NCBI GenBank assembly: GCA_045803545.1 | Contig: JBJMOW010000005.1 | Coordinates: forward strand, 608,001-672,000 | DNA length: 64,000 bases | From: Gemmatimonadaceae bacterium | GTDB taxonomy: Bacteria; Gemmatimonadota; Gemmatimonadetes; Gemmatimonadales; Gemmatimonadaceae | Reading direction: 5' to 3' | In this document: piece after piece, positions 49,101-58,860 of the stretch | Layout of the letters: the number at the start of each line of letters is the position of its first letter | How positions within the stretch are numbered: position 1 is the first letter of the stretch | The notes under the pieces: generated by a model | The model's database searches: none | Told to the model about the DNA's origin: nothing | The model's input: only the letters and a program-made list of their open reading frames with translations | Position numbers and translations under genes: made by a program

Positions 49101-49410
49101 GTTCGCCGGCGATTTCGGCGTGAGCCTCCGCTTCTCCAAAGCTTTCACGCGGCGGATAGAACGCGACCCCTGCGGGCTCGACGAGGGTGGTGAGATCGGC
49201 CAGCCAGCGCTCAGAGTCGGCGACGTCGTCGCTGACAACAACAAAGAATCTCTGGCGAAGGGCTTCGGTCAGCGCGGCGAGAAGAACGGCATCTGACGAT
49301 CCGTGGAGCCCGCCTACGACGCAACGCGCGCCAGGACCCGGGACGTTCTCCTGCAGCTCGCGAAATTCGGGCAGTATTTCAATGAGCGAGAGCAGTTGTG
49401 GGAGCGGCAT
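46129..49410 (-). CDS. mfd: Transcription-repair coupling factor
   Basis: FSVRGGIFDIY, GDYVVHLEHGVG, GDVGYGKTE, DEEHRFGV, QLRGRVGRS, DLELRGAGNLLG. Confidence 0.98.
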   Translation of the reverse strand: MPLPQLLSLIEILPEFRELQENVPGPGARCVVGGLHGSSDAVLLAALTEALRQRFFVVVSDDVADSERWLADLTTLVEPAGVAFYPPRESFGEAEAHAEIAGERVETLERIGRGDLRIVVTTSRALLERTQLPRALASARLEIRKGDTRRPESLAEHLEAIGFERVDMVEDVAQFSVRGGIFDIYSFGMAEPVRLEFWGDEITELRHFDLLTQRSTRDAELALILPVDGQIKAGDVEPERSSIRALFPPDTVFVVPHGTHLRPEMERTWAEAQHHIDLARRRGEDTPSRDELFEAPEVTLSAVGGFGTIDLSGEQPSIAFPFRPPEEIGRDIKRLKQIVADGIPTVILCDNAGQAERLDELLNDDHVSPATLAIGVLDGGFVIPPRGESFHGYRVFTDHEIFRRERRFRRARRYATGSALESLTALKSGDYVVHLEHGVGIYRGMEKIFVRESTVEVAVIEYEGGDRLNVPLYRIDQIERYRSADDISSEALPPRLHSLGGRRWATQRDKTRAAIQEMTVELLDLYARRKVATRPAHVPDTVWQRQLESSFLFEDTPDQRTATTDVKGDMEKPRPMDRLLVGDVGYGKTEIAVRAAFKAVQSDRQVVVLVPTTILADQHSRTFGDRLADFPINVQTLSRFQSAKEQAAILADLKAGKVDIVIGTHRLLSADVHFSNLGLIVIDEEHRFGVKHKERLKRLRLETDVLTLTATPIPRTLHLSLAGLRDMTLMQTPPRDRSPVLTYVEPWDDGLIDEGISRELDRGGQVFFVHNRIETIDGMADHIRRVVPRARIGVGHGQMRERDLETVMRSFVNGEIDVLVSTMIVESGLDVPNANTMFVNRADMFGLAQLYQLRGRVGRSHRRASCYLLVPDSIDEDANRRLTILEHHTQLGAGYQIALKDLELRGAGNLLGPEQSGFVHAVGFDMYLRMLDETVKRVMRGDEAPRLQPSEISVDTPSYLPDDYINSQDAKLDIYRRMTHMTDIAEVEALRAELRDRFGPLPEPAQSFFAVALLRILGGASDIESVLVRGNEARITFREHAVPRMKGISAAFHEVQFQAEVRRAHPLALKLTRLGGAEMLDGLVRALTTLRPT

Positions 49411-49542
49411 GGCGGAAGCTAAAGCAGGCTGGAAGCAACGGGCGCAACGGGCACGGGTAGTGGTACGTAAACATAATGGGGAACTCGGGCTTGACCTTTA
49501 CCATTGCAAAGCTCCAAATTGTATACAAACATCGGAGGGAAT

Positions 49543-50871
49543 ATGCGGGCAACTAAGATCGGAAGCGCGCTGGGGTCGTTAGTCTTATTGCTCGGGTTTG
49601 GTACCTCCTCTGCGAGCGCGCAGGCGCGCCGCGGGCCGCCGATCATCCGGATTTATTCGGACAACGGCGTCGACTACGTAGGCACGAGCAGCTACATCAC
49701 TCCGCGCATCGAGCTGTCCGAGAACGCGTACGTCTTCGCGCTCGAGATGGACATGGACGGCCAGATTCAGGTTCTCCACCCTGACTTCCCTGGCATCTCG
49801 GTAAGAATCGCCGCTAACAAGGCGTTACGGCTTCCGAATTTCTTTGCCGGATTCAGCAGCTCCCACTACGGCGGAACCGCGTACGACGCCAGCTACAATG
49901 GTTACAGCAGTTACGGGAATGATGATTCGCGCGGAACTGTGATTGCGCTGGCATCGCGCGCACCCTTCAACCTCGAGAAAATCGAGAGCGGCGGCGACTG
50001 GGACGTTAGTGCGATTCGACGTCTGATCGAGAATCGCTCACCCCTCAATGCAGCTGCAGTTCTGGCGCAATATCTCGGGCAGGCCGGTGAGCAGATTGGA
50101 CGCGACTACCTGCGCTTCGACGGCGGTAACCGTTTCGGATACCCGTACTATGCCAACGCGTACGATAGCTACTACTCCTCGTGCGCCGGATTCTACGGGT
50201 ACAACGTTCTCCCCTCGTACGTTCTGCGGCAACTTCAAGCGTTCGCGCTTTATACGCGGCTTCGCGGAACGGGACAGGGGCGGGCATTGCTTGGCTTCGA
50301 CGCCTGCGGCTCTCCGATTTTCATCGGCGGCGGCGTCGTCAATGGAGGTCAGCAGACACCGGTCGGCCACTTCCCGCCACCGCGCGGTCACGGCGACACC
50401 ACTGTGTTCCCGAAATCCAGGCTTCCGAGGACGGCGCCTGTTCCGCGTGGAAGCGGGGGAACGACGGTATTCGCCAATGCGCTCGACGCGAGTATGCCGG
50501 TGACGCGTCAGGGTGCGTTGCCGCGGATGGGTGATGTCACGGTGAAGGCGAGCCCCACCGGTCGGCGCGGCGAGCCCCGTGTGTACCTCCAGGATTACAA
50601 CGGAGGAAGCATGAGTGCCCCACTCGGAAGAGTGCCGGTCGAACGGACAATCGTTCCGCGCGGGGCAGTTTCGGGTGGCGGGCTCCAAAGTGTTCCGACG
50701 AATCGCGGCGAGCCGAGGGTCGAGTCAGCGCCGGCAAGAATGCCCGAGCGGACGTCGCCGCCACCGGTAATTCATGAGCGGCCATCGTCTCCGCCACCGC
50801 CGCCGCCAAGATCGGAGCCGTCTACGAGATCGGATCCGCCGCGCCAGCCTCCACCGTCGCGCGGACACTAA
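49543..50871 (+). CDS. Secreted DUF4384-like protein with Pro-rich tail
   Basis: GGAGG RBS, signal peptide, AYVFALEMDMDGQIQVLHP, VIALASRAPF, Pro/Arg-rich C-terminus. Confidence 0.7.
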   Translation: MRATKIGSALGSLVLLLGFGTSSASAQARRGPPIIRIYSDNGVDYVGTSSYITPRIELSENAYVFALEMDMDGQIQVLHPDFPGISVRIAANKALRLPNFFAGFSSSHYGGTAYDASYNGYSSYGNDDSRGTVIALASRAPFNLEKIESGGDWDVSAIRRLIENRSPLNAAAVLAQYLGQAGEQIGRDYLRFDGGNRFGYPYYANAYDSYYSSCAGFYGYNVLPSYVLRQLQAFALYTRLRGTGQGRALLGFDACGSPIFIGGGVVNGGQQTPVGHFPPPRGHGDTTVFPKSRLPRTAPVPRGSGGTTVFANALDASMPVTRQGALPRMGDVTVKASPTGRRGEPRVYLQDYNGGSMSAPLGRVPVERTIVPRGAVSGGGLQSVPTNRGEPRVESAPARMPERTSPPPVIHERPSSPPPPPPRSEPSTRSDPPRQPPPSRGH

Positions 50872-50884
50872 CAGGCTGAGATCG

Positions 50885-50914
50885 AAAAAGGGCTGCGATT
50901 CGCAGCCCTTTTTT
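50885..50914 (+). terminator. Intrinsic terminator
   Basis: AAAAAGGGCTGCG-ATT-CGCAGCCCTTTTTT. Confidence 0.85.
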
Positions 50915-50991
50915 CTTTGGCGGGGCTCTGGAAGCTAAGGATTATATTTCTGAGCTCCTCCCTCGTTCTCCCGCAAAAGTCAGAGTTCTGT

Positions 50992-52788
50992 TTGAAGCTC
51001 GATCACATTCGCAACTTCTGTATTGTCGCACACATCGACCACGGCAAATCGACGCTTGCCGATCGATTGATCGAGGCGACGGGCATGCTTCAGAAGCGCG
51101 AAATGAAGGCGCAGGTGCTCGACACGCTCGATCTGGAGCGAGAGCGAGGCATCACGATCAAGCTCAATGCGGTGCGCATGAGCTATACGGCGGAGAACGG
51201 GCAGGAGTACGAGCTCAACCTGATCGACACGCCGGGCCACGTCGACTTCACATATGAAGTTTCCCGGTCGCTGGCGGCTTGCGAAGGCGCCATACTCGTC
51301 GTGGATGCCTCGCAGGGCATCGAGGCCCAGACCCTGTCCAATCTCTTTCTCGCGATGGACGCTGGGCTCGAGATCATCCCGATTCTAAACAAGATCGATC
51401 TTCCCGGAGCAGAACCAGAGCGACGCCGCAAGGAAGTCGCCGATCTGCTCGGCATCGAAGAGGACGCGATTCTCCTCGTCAGCGCGAAGGAAGGAATCGG
51501 GGTCGACGAGCTGCTGGAAGAAGTGGTGCGCAAAGTTCCGCCACCCGAAGGGGACGAAAACGCCCCTCTGCGCGCGCTGATTTACGACTCGTACTACGAC
51601 AAGTATCGCGGCGCGATCCCCAGCGTGCGTGTCGTCGATGGCGTGATCAAGAAGGGAACGCACATAACCTTCGGCGCCAGCGAGTCGGTCTACGAAGTAG
51701 ACGAAGTTGGTTATAACCAGCTGCGTCAGGTCGCAACTGATCAACTGGGACCGGGAGAAGTTGGGTACGTAGTCGCCAGCGTACGGTCCGTCAGCGAAAC
51801 TCGCGCAGGTGACACCATCTTCGACGCCGAAAACCGCGCGAGTGAGGCGCTGCCAGGATATCGGGCGGTGCGCAGCTTCGTGTTCGCCGGACTCTACCCC
51901 ACCGACACCACGCAGTACGAAACGCTGCGCGACGCACTGGAAAAGCTGAAGCTCAACGACGCTTCGTTGAACTACGAGCCTGAGACGTCGACTGCTCTCG
52001 GATTCGGATTCCGCGCTGGGTTCCTCGGTCTCCTTCATATGGAAATCGTGCAGGAGCGACTGAGCCGGGAGTTCGATCTCGATCTCGTGACCACGGTGCC
52101 GTCAGTCGAGTACAAAGTCTATCTGACTGACGGGACGATGAACCTGATCGAGAACCCGTCGCTGATGCCGAACGCGCAGATCGTCGAGTACGTCGAAGAA
52201 CCGTACGTCAAGGCGCGCATCATGGTGCCCTCGGAATACATCGGTCCGATCATGACGCTCGGCACTGAGCGACGCGGCGTCTACAAGAACATGACCTATC
52301 TCGACACCCAGCGCGTTGAGCTCGATTGGGAATTTCCACTCGCCGAAATCATTCTCGATTTCTTCGACAAGCTGAAGACAGTTAGTCGCGGCTACGCATC
52401 CCTCGACTACGAGATGCTGGAGTATCGCCGGAGCGATCTGGTGAAGTTGGATATGTTGATCAATGGCGATTCGGTGGACGCGTTCAGCGTCATCATTCAC
52501 CGCGACAAGGCATACGAGTGGGGACGCAAGATCGCCGACAAGCTGAAAGATCTGATCCCGCGTCAGTTGTTCGAAGTCGCGATTCAGGCGGCGATCGGAA
52601 CGAAGGTCATCGCGCGCACAACGGTGAAGCCGCTGCGAAAGGACGTCCTCGCCAAGTGCTACGGCGGCGATATCACGCGTAAGCGCAAGCTGCTCGAGAA
52701 GCAGAAAGAAGGCAAAAAAAGAATGAAGCAGGTCGGGTCGGTTGAAATCCCACAGGAAGCCTTCCTTGCGGTGCTGCAGGTCGACTGA
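50992..52788 (+). CDS. lepA: Elongation factor 4
   Basis: [55 protein letters not shown]; probable TTG start. Confidence 0.98.
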   Translation: MKLDHIRNFCIVAHIDHGKSTLADRLIEATGMLQKREMKAQVLDTLDLERERGITIKLNAVRMSYTAENGQEYELNLIDTPGHVDFTYEVSRSLAACEGAILVVDASQGIEAQTLSNLFLAMDAGLEIIPILNKIDLPGAEPERRRKEVADLLGIEEDAILLVSAKEGIGVDELLEEVVRKVPPPEGDENAPLRALIYDSYYDKYRGAIPSVRVVDGVIKKGTHITFGASESVYEVDEVGYNQLRQVATDQLGPGEVGYVVASVRSVSETRAGDTIFDAENRASEALPGYRAVRSFVFAGLYPTDTTQYETLRDALEKLKLNDASLNYEPETSTALGFGFRAGFLGLLHMEIVQERLSREFDLDLVTTVPSVEYKVYLTDGTMNLIENPSLMPNAQIVEYVEEPYVKARIMVPSEYIGPIMTLGTERRGVYKNMTYLDTQRVELDWEFPLAEIILDFFDKLKTVSRGYASLDYEMLEYRRSDLVKLDMLINGDSVDAFSVIIHRDKAYEWGRKIADKLKDLIPRQLFEVAIQAAIGTKVIARTTVKPLRKDVLAKCYGGDITRKRKLLEKQKEGKKRMKQVGSVEIPQEAFLAVLQVD

Positions 52789-53817
52789 GTGAGCGTCTCG
52801 CTGGTCATCCAGACGAGCTTCCTCGGCGACGTCATCCTGACGACGCCGCTGATCGCGGAGCTCGCGAGGAGAGGACCGGTGGATGTTCTGGCAACGCCGC
52901 AGGGTGCCAGTGCGCTCGCCAACAATCCGGACATTCGCAGGATCATCCGATACGACAAGCGTGGTACCTACGGCTCCGCCCTGGGAACGTGGCAGACGAT
53001 CAAGGCAGTCCGCTCGCAGCGTCCGTACGATGCTGCGTATCTGGCCCAGGGATCGTTTCGCAGCGGACTGCTGGCGATGCTGACCGGCGCGAAGGAGCGA
53101 ATCGGGTTTGCGAGCTCCACCGGCCGGGTTCTTTACACCAAGCAAATCCCTTATCGCCCTGATCACCATCACGCCCAACGCCTATGGTCGCTCGCGATGT
53201 CGGAGTGCGCTGACCCGCCATTGCCCGATCAGATCCGTCCTCGGCTCTACCCTTCAGATTCGGACCGCGCCGAGGTCGACCAACTGCTCCGCAAAAACGG
53301 GGACTCGTTGCGGCCCATCGTCGCCGTCGCGCCCGGCAGCGCGTGGGGGACCAAACGGTGGCCCTACTACGTCGACCTCGCGAAGAGGCTTGCGGACGAG
53401 TTTAGAATTGCCATCATCGGTTCCACCGCTGACTCGGCCATCGCGAGCGAGATCGCGAGTGGCCTGTCGGCGGAAGGAGCAATCGACGGTGCGGGAACGC
53501 TTTCGCTGCTTGCCTCCGCCGAGCTGATCGGACGGGCGCAGGCAATCGTGACAAACGATTCGGCGCCGCAACATCTGGCGTCGGCGATGGGAACGCCAAC
53601 TCTCTCGATTTTCGGCCCGACGGTTCCCGAATTCGGGTTTGGTCCGCTCGCTGAGCGTCACCTAGTCGTGGGTCACCAAGGATTGTCTTGTCGGCCGTGT
53701 CACCGCCATGGACCACAGCGTTGTCCGCTCGGTCATTGGCGCTGCATGCGCGAATTGTCGACAGAATACATCTCCAGTTTGCTACCGCAGGTTCTTCATC
53801 CACCGGTCCCGGTATGA
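52789..53817 (+). CDS. waaF: LPS heptosyltransferase (GT9, WaaF-like)
   Basis: FLGDVILTTP, APGSAWGTKRWP, TNDSAPQHLA, IFGPT, CRPC. Confidence 0.85.
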   Translation: MSVSLVIQTSFLGDVILTTPLIAELARRGPVDVLATPQGASALANNPDIRRIIRYDKRGTYGSALGTWQTIKAVRSQRPYDAAYLAQGSFRSGLLAMLTGAKERIGFASSTGRVLYTKQIPYRPDHHHAQRLWSLAMSECADPPLPDQIRPRLYPSDSDRAEVDQLLRKNGDSLRPIVAVAPGSAWGTKRWPYYVDLAKRLADEFRIAIIGSTADSAIASEIASGLSAEGAIDGAGTLSLLASAELIGRAQAIVTNDSAPQHLASAMGTPTLSIFGPTVPEFGFGPLAERHLVVGHQGLSCRPCHRHGPQRCPLGHWRCMRELSTEYISSLLPQVLHPPVPV

Positions 53818-54812
53818 ACGCGAAAGAGAAATTCATCATCGGTGTTGATCTTGGCGGCACCAACATCGTGGCCGGTGCGATGCCAGTTGATGGCAGCCGC
53901 GAGATCGCGATGCATACGATCCCCACACTTGCCGAGGGTGGCGCTCACTCGGTGACTGATCGCATCGCAGGCCTGATCGAGCAGGTCATCCAAGACACGA
54001 TGGCCGAGACCAAAGCGAAGCGCACCGATTTTGTCGGCGTCGGGATCGGCTCACCCGGGCCGCTGAATCGCGACAAAGGCATCGTGATCGTGACGCCGAA
54101 TCTGGGTTGGAAGAATTATCCGCTTCGCGACGAGATCTCCAGTCGGGTGAAAATGGATGCGACCCTCGACAACGACGCCAACTGCGCCACGCTCGGCGAG
54201 TTCTGGTGCGGCGCCGCGCGTGGCGGGCGCAACGTGATTGGCATCACGCTTGGCACCGGCATCGGCGGCGGACTGATTCTCGAAGGCCAGCTCTATCACG
54301 GTTCGTCGGATGTGGCCGGCGAGATCGGCCATACGTCGATCGATTCTACCGGCCGGCGCTGCAAGTGCGGCAACTATGGTTGCATCGAGGCCTACGCTTC
54401 CGGACCCGCGATCGCAGAGCGAGCGAGAGAGGCGCTACGCGGTGACGAAGGTGAGTCGATCCTTGTGAGCCTGGCCGACGGAGATCAGCGAAAGATCACC
54501 GCGGCAATCGTCTACGAGGCGTCGAAGCGCGGCGATGCGACGGCGAGAGAAGTTGTACGCGAAACGGCGCGCTTCCTTGGGACCACCGTCGCAAATCTGC
54601 TCAACATCTTCAACCCCGACATTGTCGTTCTGGCTGGTGGAGTTACACAGGCAGGCGACGCGCTTTTTCAGCCACTGCGCGCAGAAGTCCGACGTCGCGC
54701 ATTCAAGCCTGCGTGGCAGGTTTGCAAGATCGTCCCGGGTCAGCTGCAGCTTTCCGCCGGCGTCGTCGGCGCGATCGCGACATTCAAGCAACAGAAGTTG
54801 GGTGGGCTTTAG
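53814..54812 (+). CDS. ROK-family sugar kinase (glucokinase-like)
   Basis: GVDLGGT, NDANCA, TLGTGIGGG, GEIGH, CKCGNYGCIE. Confidence 0.93.
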   Translation: MNAKEKFIIGVDLGGTNIVAGAMPVDGSREIAMHTIPTLAEGGAHSVTDRIAGLIEQVIQDTMAETKAKRTDFVGVGIGSPGPLNRDKGIVIVTPNLGWKNYPLRDEISSRVKMDATLDNDANCATLGEFWCGAARGGRNVIGITLGTGIGGGLILEGQLYHGSSDVAGEIGHTSIDSTGRRCKCGNYGCIEAYASGPAIAERAREALRGDEGESILVSLADGDQRKITAAIVYEASKRGDATAREVVRETARFLGTTVANLLNIFNPDIVVLAGGVTQAGDALFQPLRAEVRRRAFKPAWQVCKIVPGQLQLSAGVVGAIATFKQQKLGGL

Positions 54813-54840
54813 GACTGCGTGCTGCGAGCCCAACGGATTG

Positions 54841-54930
54841 GTCCGAGTTGCGAGCTAAGTCCGAGTTGCGAGCTAAGTCCGAGTTGCGAGCTAAGTCCGA
54901 GTTGCGAACCTACTGCGAGTTGAGAGCTCG
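54841..54930. repeat. 18-bp tandem repeat (GTCCGAGTTGCGAGCTAA), 3 exact plus 2 degenerate copies
   Basis: Read directly in the ROK-pfkB intergenic region; no spacers. Confidence 0.92.
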
Positions 54931-54945
54931 GGCCTTGGCTTTTCG

Positions 54946-55920
54946 ATGACACCCAAAAAACGTGTCGGTGTTATCGGGAGTTTCGTCTGGGATGTCATCC
55001 ATGGGCGCGATCCGCGTGACGTGCCCGTTGAAGAGTGGGGTGGCATCACCTACGGCTTGAGCGCATTTGAGGCCGCACTTCCGACTGATTGGGAGTTCGT
55101 TCCTGTCTTGAAAGTCGGGAGCGATCTCGCGCAGTCGGCGCGAGACTTTGTCGCGAGGCTGGAGCGCGTGGCACCGGGGATGGGGCCAATAGAAGTTCCC
55201 TACCCTAACAACAAAGTCACTCTTTATTACCAGAGTGACGAGCGCAGGTGCGAGATGCTGACCGGCGGAGTACCCAAGTGGCACTGGCTCGGGCTCAAAC
55301 CGCTTCTAGTCGGACTCGACGCGCTCTACATCAATTTGATCAGTGGCTTCGAGCTGGATCTCGAGGTCGCTCAGCTGATACGCCAGAACTTCAGCGGGCC
55401 AATCTACTGCGATCTGCACTCGCTGTTGCTGGCAATCCAGACCAACGGGATGCGAACGCTGCAGCCGTTGCCGAACGCCGCAGCGTGGATGCGCTGCTTC
55501 GACTTCGTCCAGGTCAACGAAGACGAAATGAGCATGATGGCACCTGATCCAATGGGCCTCGCGGCGATTGCGTTCGCCAACGGAGTGAAGACACTGGCGA
55601 TCACGCTTGGAAGCCGGGGAGTCGTCTATTTTGCGGCGCCGGGATTCGAGACGATCCGTGACCTCCGTCGCGATACTCTCAGTGATCCTTCCGGCGCGAT
55701 CCGCACGGCTCGGGTTCCGGCAAAGCCAACTCGTCACGGACCCGGAGATCCGACGGGATGTGGTGATGTTTGGGGCGCTACGTATTTCTCTCGACTGCTC
55801 GCCGGTGATAAGTTAGACGCGGCAATCGACCGAGCGCTCGAAGCGGCGGCTCGTAATGTCGATCATCGGGGCGCGACCGGCCTCGCCGATTACCTCCGCG
55901 GAGAGCTCAGCACAAAGTGA
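54946..55920 (+). CDS. PfkB-family carbohydrate kinase
   Basis: QVNEDE, ITLGSRG, DPTGCGDVWGA. Confidence 0.85.
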   Translation: MTPKKRVGVIGSFVWDVIHGRDPRDVPVEEWGGITYGLSAFEAALPTDWEFVPVLKVGSDLAQSARDFVARLERVAPGMGPIEVPYPNNKVTLYYQSDERRCEMLTGGVPKWHWLGLKPLLVGLDALYINLISGFELDLEVAQLIRQNFSGPIYCDLHSLLLAIQTNGMRTLQPLPNAAAWMRCFDFVQVNEDEMSMMAPDPMGLAAIAFANGVKTLAITLGSRGVVYFAAPGFETIRDLRRDTLSDPSGAIRTARVPAKPTRHGPGDPTGCGDVWGATYFSRLLAGDKLDAAIDRALEAAARNVDHRGATGLADYLRGELSTK

Positions 55921-56804
55921 CGACCGTCATCAACGTTCCGCACTCGCTCGAAGACAAGTCATTCGAACAAGTGGTGGAGCAGGTCGCGCCATTGCCTGTC
56001 GACGAGAAAATCATCGTCGACGCAAGGCACGCGCGCTGGGCATCGCCTTACGGGTTGACTGCCCTGCTGGCCCTCGCGCAATCCAGGGCTGAGCGTCCCA
56101 TTCTGTATGTGCCTGAGGCTGAGAACGTCAGCGGTTACTGGTCGCGCATGGATTTCTTCAAGCACGCCGCTGAGCTATACGAAATTCAGGGTCGCGTCAA
56201 GTCTGCCAAGGCAGCCGAGACTAGCGTACTTCTTGAAGTCACTTCGATCTCGAAAAGTGACGACGTTCACGAAGTCGTGGACAAGATCCAGCAGCGGGCG
56301 CAGGAAGCATTAGTAAAAAACCTGAACCTCGACGCAAAGATCACCATGCGATTCACGATGGCGTTGTCGGAAGTCTGCCAGAATATCGTCGAGCACGCGG
56401 GACGCGGTGGCTGGGTCGCAGTTCAGACCTACACCTGGCGCGTGCGGCTCGGCGGACGGCGCGTCGTCGTCATCGCGGTCGCGGACCCGGGAATCGGATT
56501 CCGCCATTCACTCGAGTCGGCGCCGGGATTTCAAAGAAAGGACCGCTGGGACGATGGCCAGGCGCTCGAAGAGACCGTCATGCGCGGCGCTTCCCGGTTC
56601 AGGGATCCCGGCCGCGGTCAAGGCCTTGCCGGAGTGAGGCGCTTTGTCGGAAACTGGGACGGCAAACTTTCGATCAGAAGCGGAACTGCCCGCATCGCGG
56701 TTCTCCCCAAGGGAGACTGGGACGAGGACGAGCCGCTTTTGGAGAATCTTCCCTTCTTCCCAGGCTCACAGGTGCAGATCACGATTCCGGAGCGAGTGGC
56801 TTGA
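55917..56804 (+). CDS. STAS-like + HATPase (RsbW/anti-sigma-kinase-like) protein
   Basis: N-terminal IIVDARHARWASPYGL; SEVCQNIVEHA N-box, VADPGIG G1, GRGQGL G2; no H-box. Confidence 0.78.
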   Translation: MTTVINVPHSLEDKSFEQVVEQVAPLPVDEKIIVDARHARWASPYGLTALLALAQSRAERPILYVPEAENVSGYWSRMDFFKHAAELYEIQGRVKSAKAAETSVLLEVTSISKSDDVHEVVDKIQQRAQEALVKNLNLDAKITMRFTMALSEVCQNIVEHAGRGGWVAVQTYTWRVRLGGRRVVVIAVADPGIGFRHSLESAPGFQRKDRWDDGQALEETVMRGASRFRDPGRGQGLAGVRRFVGNWDGKLSIRSGTARIAVLPKGDWDEDEPLLENLPFFPGSQVQITIPERVA

Positions 56805-57388
56805 TCAATCACATCGACGTGAGCTCGATGCTGCGCAAGAGCGTGTGCGAGCTCTATTCGAATCTGGTTACGCGGCCAACTGGTGCCGCGGTTCGCTCCG
56901 AGATCGAGCATGAGCTCGATCGGATCGGCGACAGAGCGCTGACGGTAATCGACTTCTCTCACGTTGGACTGCTCGATTTTTCCTGCGCCGACGAGATCGT
57001 CGCCAAGCTTCTTCTTCAGTACATCAGCACCGATGCGCCGCGACGCGAGGTCTATTTCCTGTTCCGCGGCATCAGCGAAGCGCACATGGAGGCGATCGAG
57101 ACGGTGCTGGAGCGACACAAGCTGGCGCTGGTGACGCAGCACGCCGACGGCGAGACCACTGTCCTGGGCATTCTTGGACTCGAAGAGCGTCGGGCCTGGA
57201 AGATTATCTCGGAGCTCGGCGCTGGCGCGGTGGCGGATGTGGCCGAGCGTACGGGGCTTTCGCGCGACGACACCGAGCGAACACTGGATACTCTTTGGCG
57301 TCGTCGACTGCTGATCCGGGCGGACGACGGTTATGTGGCGGTGGGGAGCGCGACAATTGGCGTCGCACCTCGTAGCTTAGAGGCATGA
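56801..57388 (+). CDS. STAS-like (DUF4325-like) + C-terminal wHTH protein
   Basis: LVTRPTGAAVR...VIDFSHVGLLDFSCADEIV; VADVAERTGLS...LDTLWRRRLL. Confidence 0.7.
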   Translation: MINHIDVSSMLRKSVCELYSNLVTRPTGAAVRSEIEHELDRIGDRALTVIDFSHVGLLDFSCADEIVAKLLLQYISTDAPRREVYFLFRGISEAHMEAIETVLERHKLALVTQHADGETTVLGILGLEERRAWKIISELGAGAVADVAERTGLSRDDTERTLDTLWRRRLLIRADDGYVAVGSATIGVAPRSLEA

Positions 57389-57690
57389 TCGAACAGTTTC
57401 GGCCCTGGCTACTGGTTACCGATTACATCGCAACGAGGTCTGGCGATCCTGACCGAGGACCCATGGTCAGGCTGCATCCGACCGAAGCGCGCAAGCGGTT
57501 GCTGGAGGACGGTGAACTCGTCTGGGTCTATGGACCGCGGCATCACGAGCTGGCCGTGCTCGTAGTCGATGACACGGTGAGTCCCGGCAACGTCATCGCG
57601 CGCGACATTCTCGGTGTCGCACCCGCCGAAAAGGTGCGCGTCGTCAAGCACGACTTCGACGCCGGACGAAGCACGCGCAACCTCGGATAG
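57385..57690 (+). CDS. Stand-alone molybdopterin-dinucleotide-binding-like (double-psi barrel) protein
   Basis: VRLHPTEARKRLLEDGELVWV...VVDDTVSPGNV pattern. Confidence 0.7.
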   Translation: MIEQFRPWLLVTDYIATRSGDPDRGPMVRLHPTEARKRLLEDGELVWVYGPRHHELAVLVVDDTVSPGNVIARDILGVAPAEKVRVVKHDFDAGRSTRNLG

Positions 57691-57699
57691 GAGATCTCA

Positions 57700-58860
57700 T
57701 TGGCTGAAGGGACACGCAAACTGGGATTGTCGACGACCGCCGTGCACGGCGGCACTCCAAGGCCAACTCCCGGTACCGGCGTCACCTCTCCGCTCGTACA
57801 ATCCGTGAACTTCGCTCAGGACACCGGAACGAGCGAAGGACTGATGTACACGCGTTACGGGAATACTCCGAACGCAGAGATCGTACAACGACGCCTTGCA
57901 GAGCTCGAAGGCTCGGAAGCCGCACTGGTTCTGTCGAGCGGAATGGGCGCTACTGCATGTGCGATGCTCGCTCTTTTGCGCGGCGGCGACCATCTGGTGA
58001 CCAGCTCGTGGATTTATGGTGGAACGCGCACGCTGTTCACCGAGGATCTCCCGGGCATGGGCATCGAGGTGACATTCGTCAACCCGCTCGAGCCGCGCGC
58101 ATGGCGTAAGGCACTGAGGAAGACAACGCGCGTGATTTTCCTCGAGTCGCCGGTCAACCCGACCTGCCGCGTCATCGAGCTCAATTCGCTGCAAAGCCTC
58201 GCTCATTCAGAGGGTATTGCACTCGTTGTCGATTCGACATTCGCCAGCCCGATCAACTTCCGCCCGATCGAGCATGGCGCGGACGTGGTAATTCATTCAG
58301 CGACAAAGTTTCTCAACGGCCATCACGATCTTCTCGCCGGCGTCGTCTGCGGCAACGAGCCGTTGATCGACGAAGTGCGTCGCAAGATGATGGTCTGGGG
58401 TCAGGCGCCCGATCCATTTGGGTGCTGGCTGCTGGAGCGCGGACTGAAGACGCTCGAAGTACGCGTGAAGCGGCAGAACGAGAACGCGATGCGCATCGCC
58501 GATTGGTGCACGAAACGTCCCGAGTTCTCGAAGGTGCACTACCCTGGCCTGCCGACGCATCCCGATCACGAGATTGCGAAGACACTGCTGGACGGTTTTG
58601 GCGGAATGATGGCGTTGGAGCTCAAAGGCGGCGGTCCAGCGGCGGTGCGCTTCATCAACGGTCTCAAGATCTTCGCCCATGCGGCCAGTCTTGGAGGCTG
58701 CGACTCGTTGATCATCGAGCCGCGCTACAGCTCGCACGAACATCTCTCGGCGGAAGAGCGCGCTCGCATCGGTATCCCTGATGGATTCCTCAGAGTGAGC
58801 ATCGGCGTTGAAGACGCCGACGATCTGATCGCGGATATCGAGCAGGCGCTGCAGCAGTAA
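57700..58860 (+). CDS. Cys/Met metabolism PLP enzyme (cystathionine gamma-synthase/lyase family)
   Basis: YTRYGNTP, SSGMGA, ESPVNP, VDSTFASP, HSATKFLNGH, SLGG, LRVSIGVE. Confidence 0.93.
   Translation: MAEGTRKLGLSTTAVHGGTPRPTPGTGVTSPLVQSVNFAQDTGTSEGLMYTRYGNTPNAEIVQRRLAELEGSEAALVLSSGMGATACAMLALLRGGDHLVTSSWIYGGTRTLFTEDLPGMGIEVTFVNPLEPRAWRKALRKTTRVIFLESPVNPTCRVIELNSLQSLAHSEGIALVVDSTFASPINFRPIEHGADVVIHSATKFLNGHHDLLAGVVCGNEPLIDEVRRKMMVWGQAPDPFGCWLLERGLKTLEVRVKRQNENAMRIADWCTKRPEFSKVHYPGLPTHPDHEIAKTLLDGFGGMMALELKGGGPAAVRFINGLKIFAHAASLGGCDSLIIEPRYSSHEHLSAEERARIGIPDGFLRVSIGVEDADDLIADIEQALQQ

Noticed and set aside
54841..54930. Possible CRISPR array
   Set aside because: The units are contiguous 18-mers with no unique spacers, and no cas genes are nearby.
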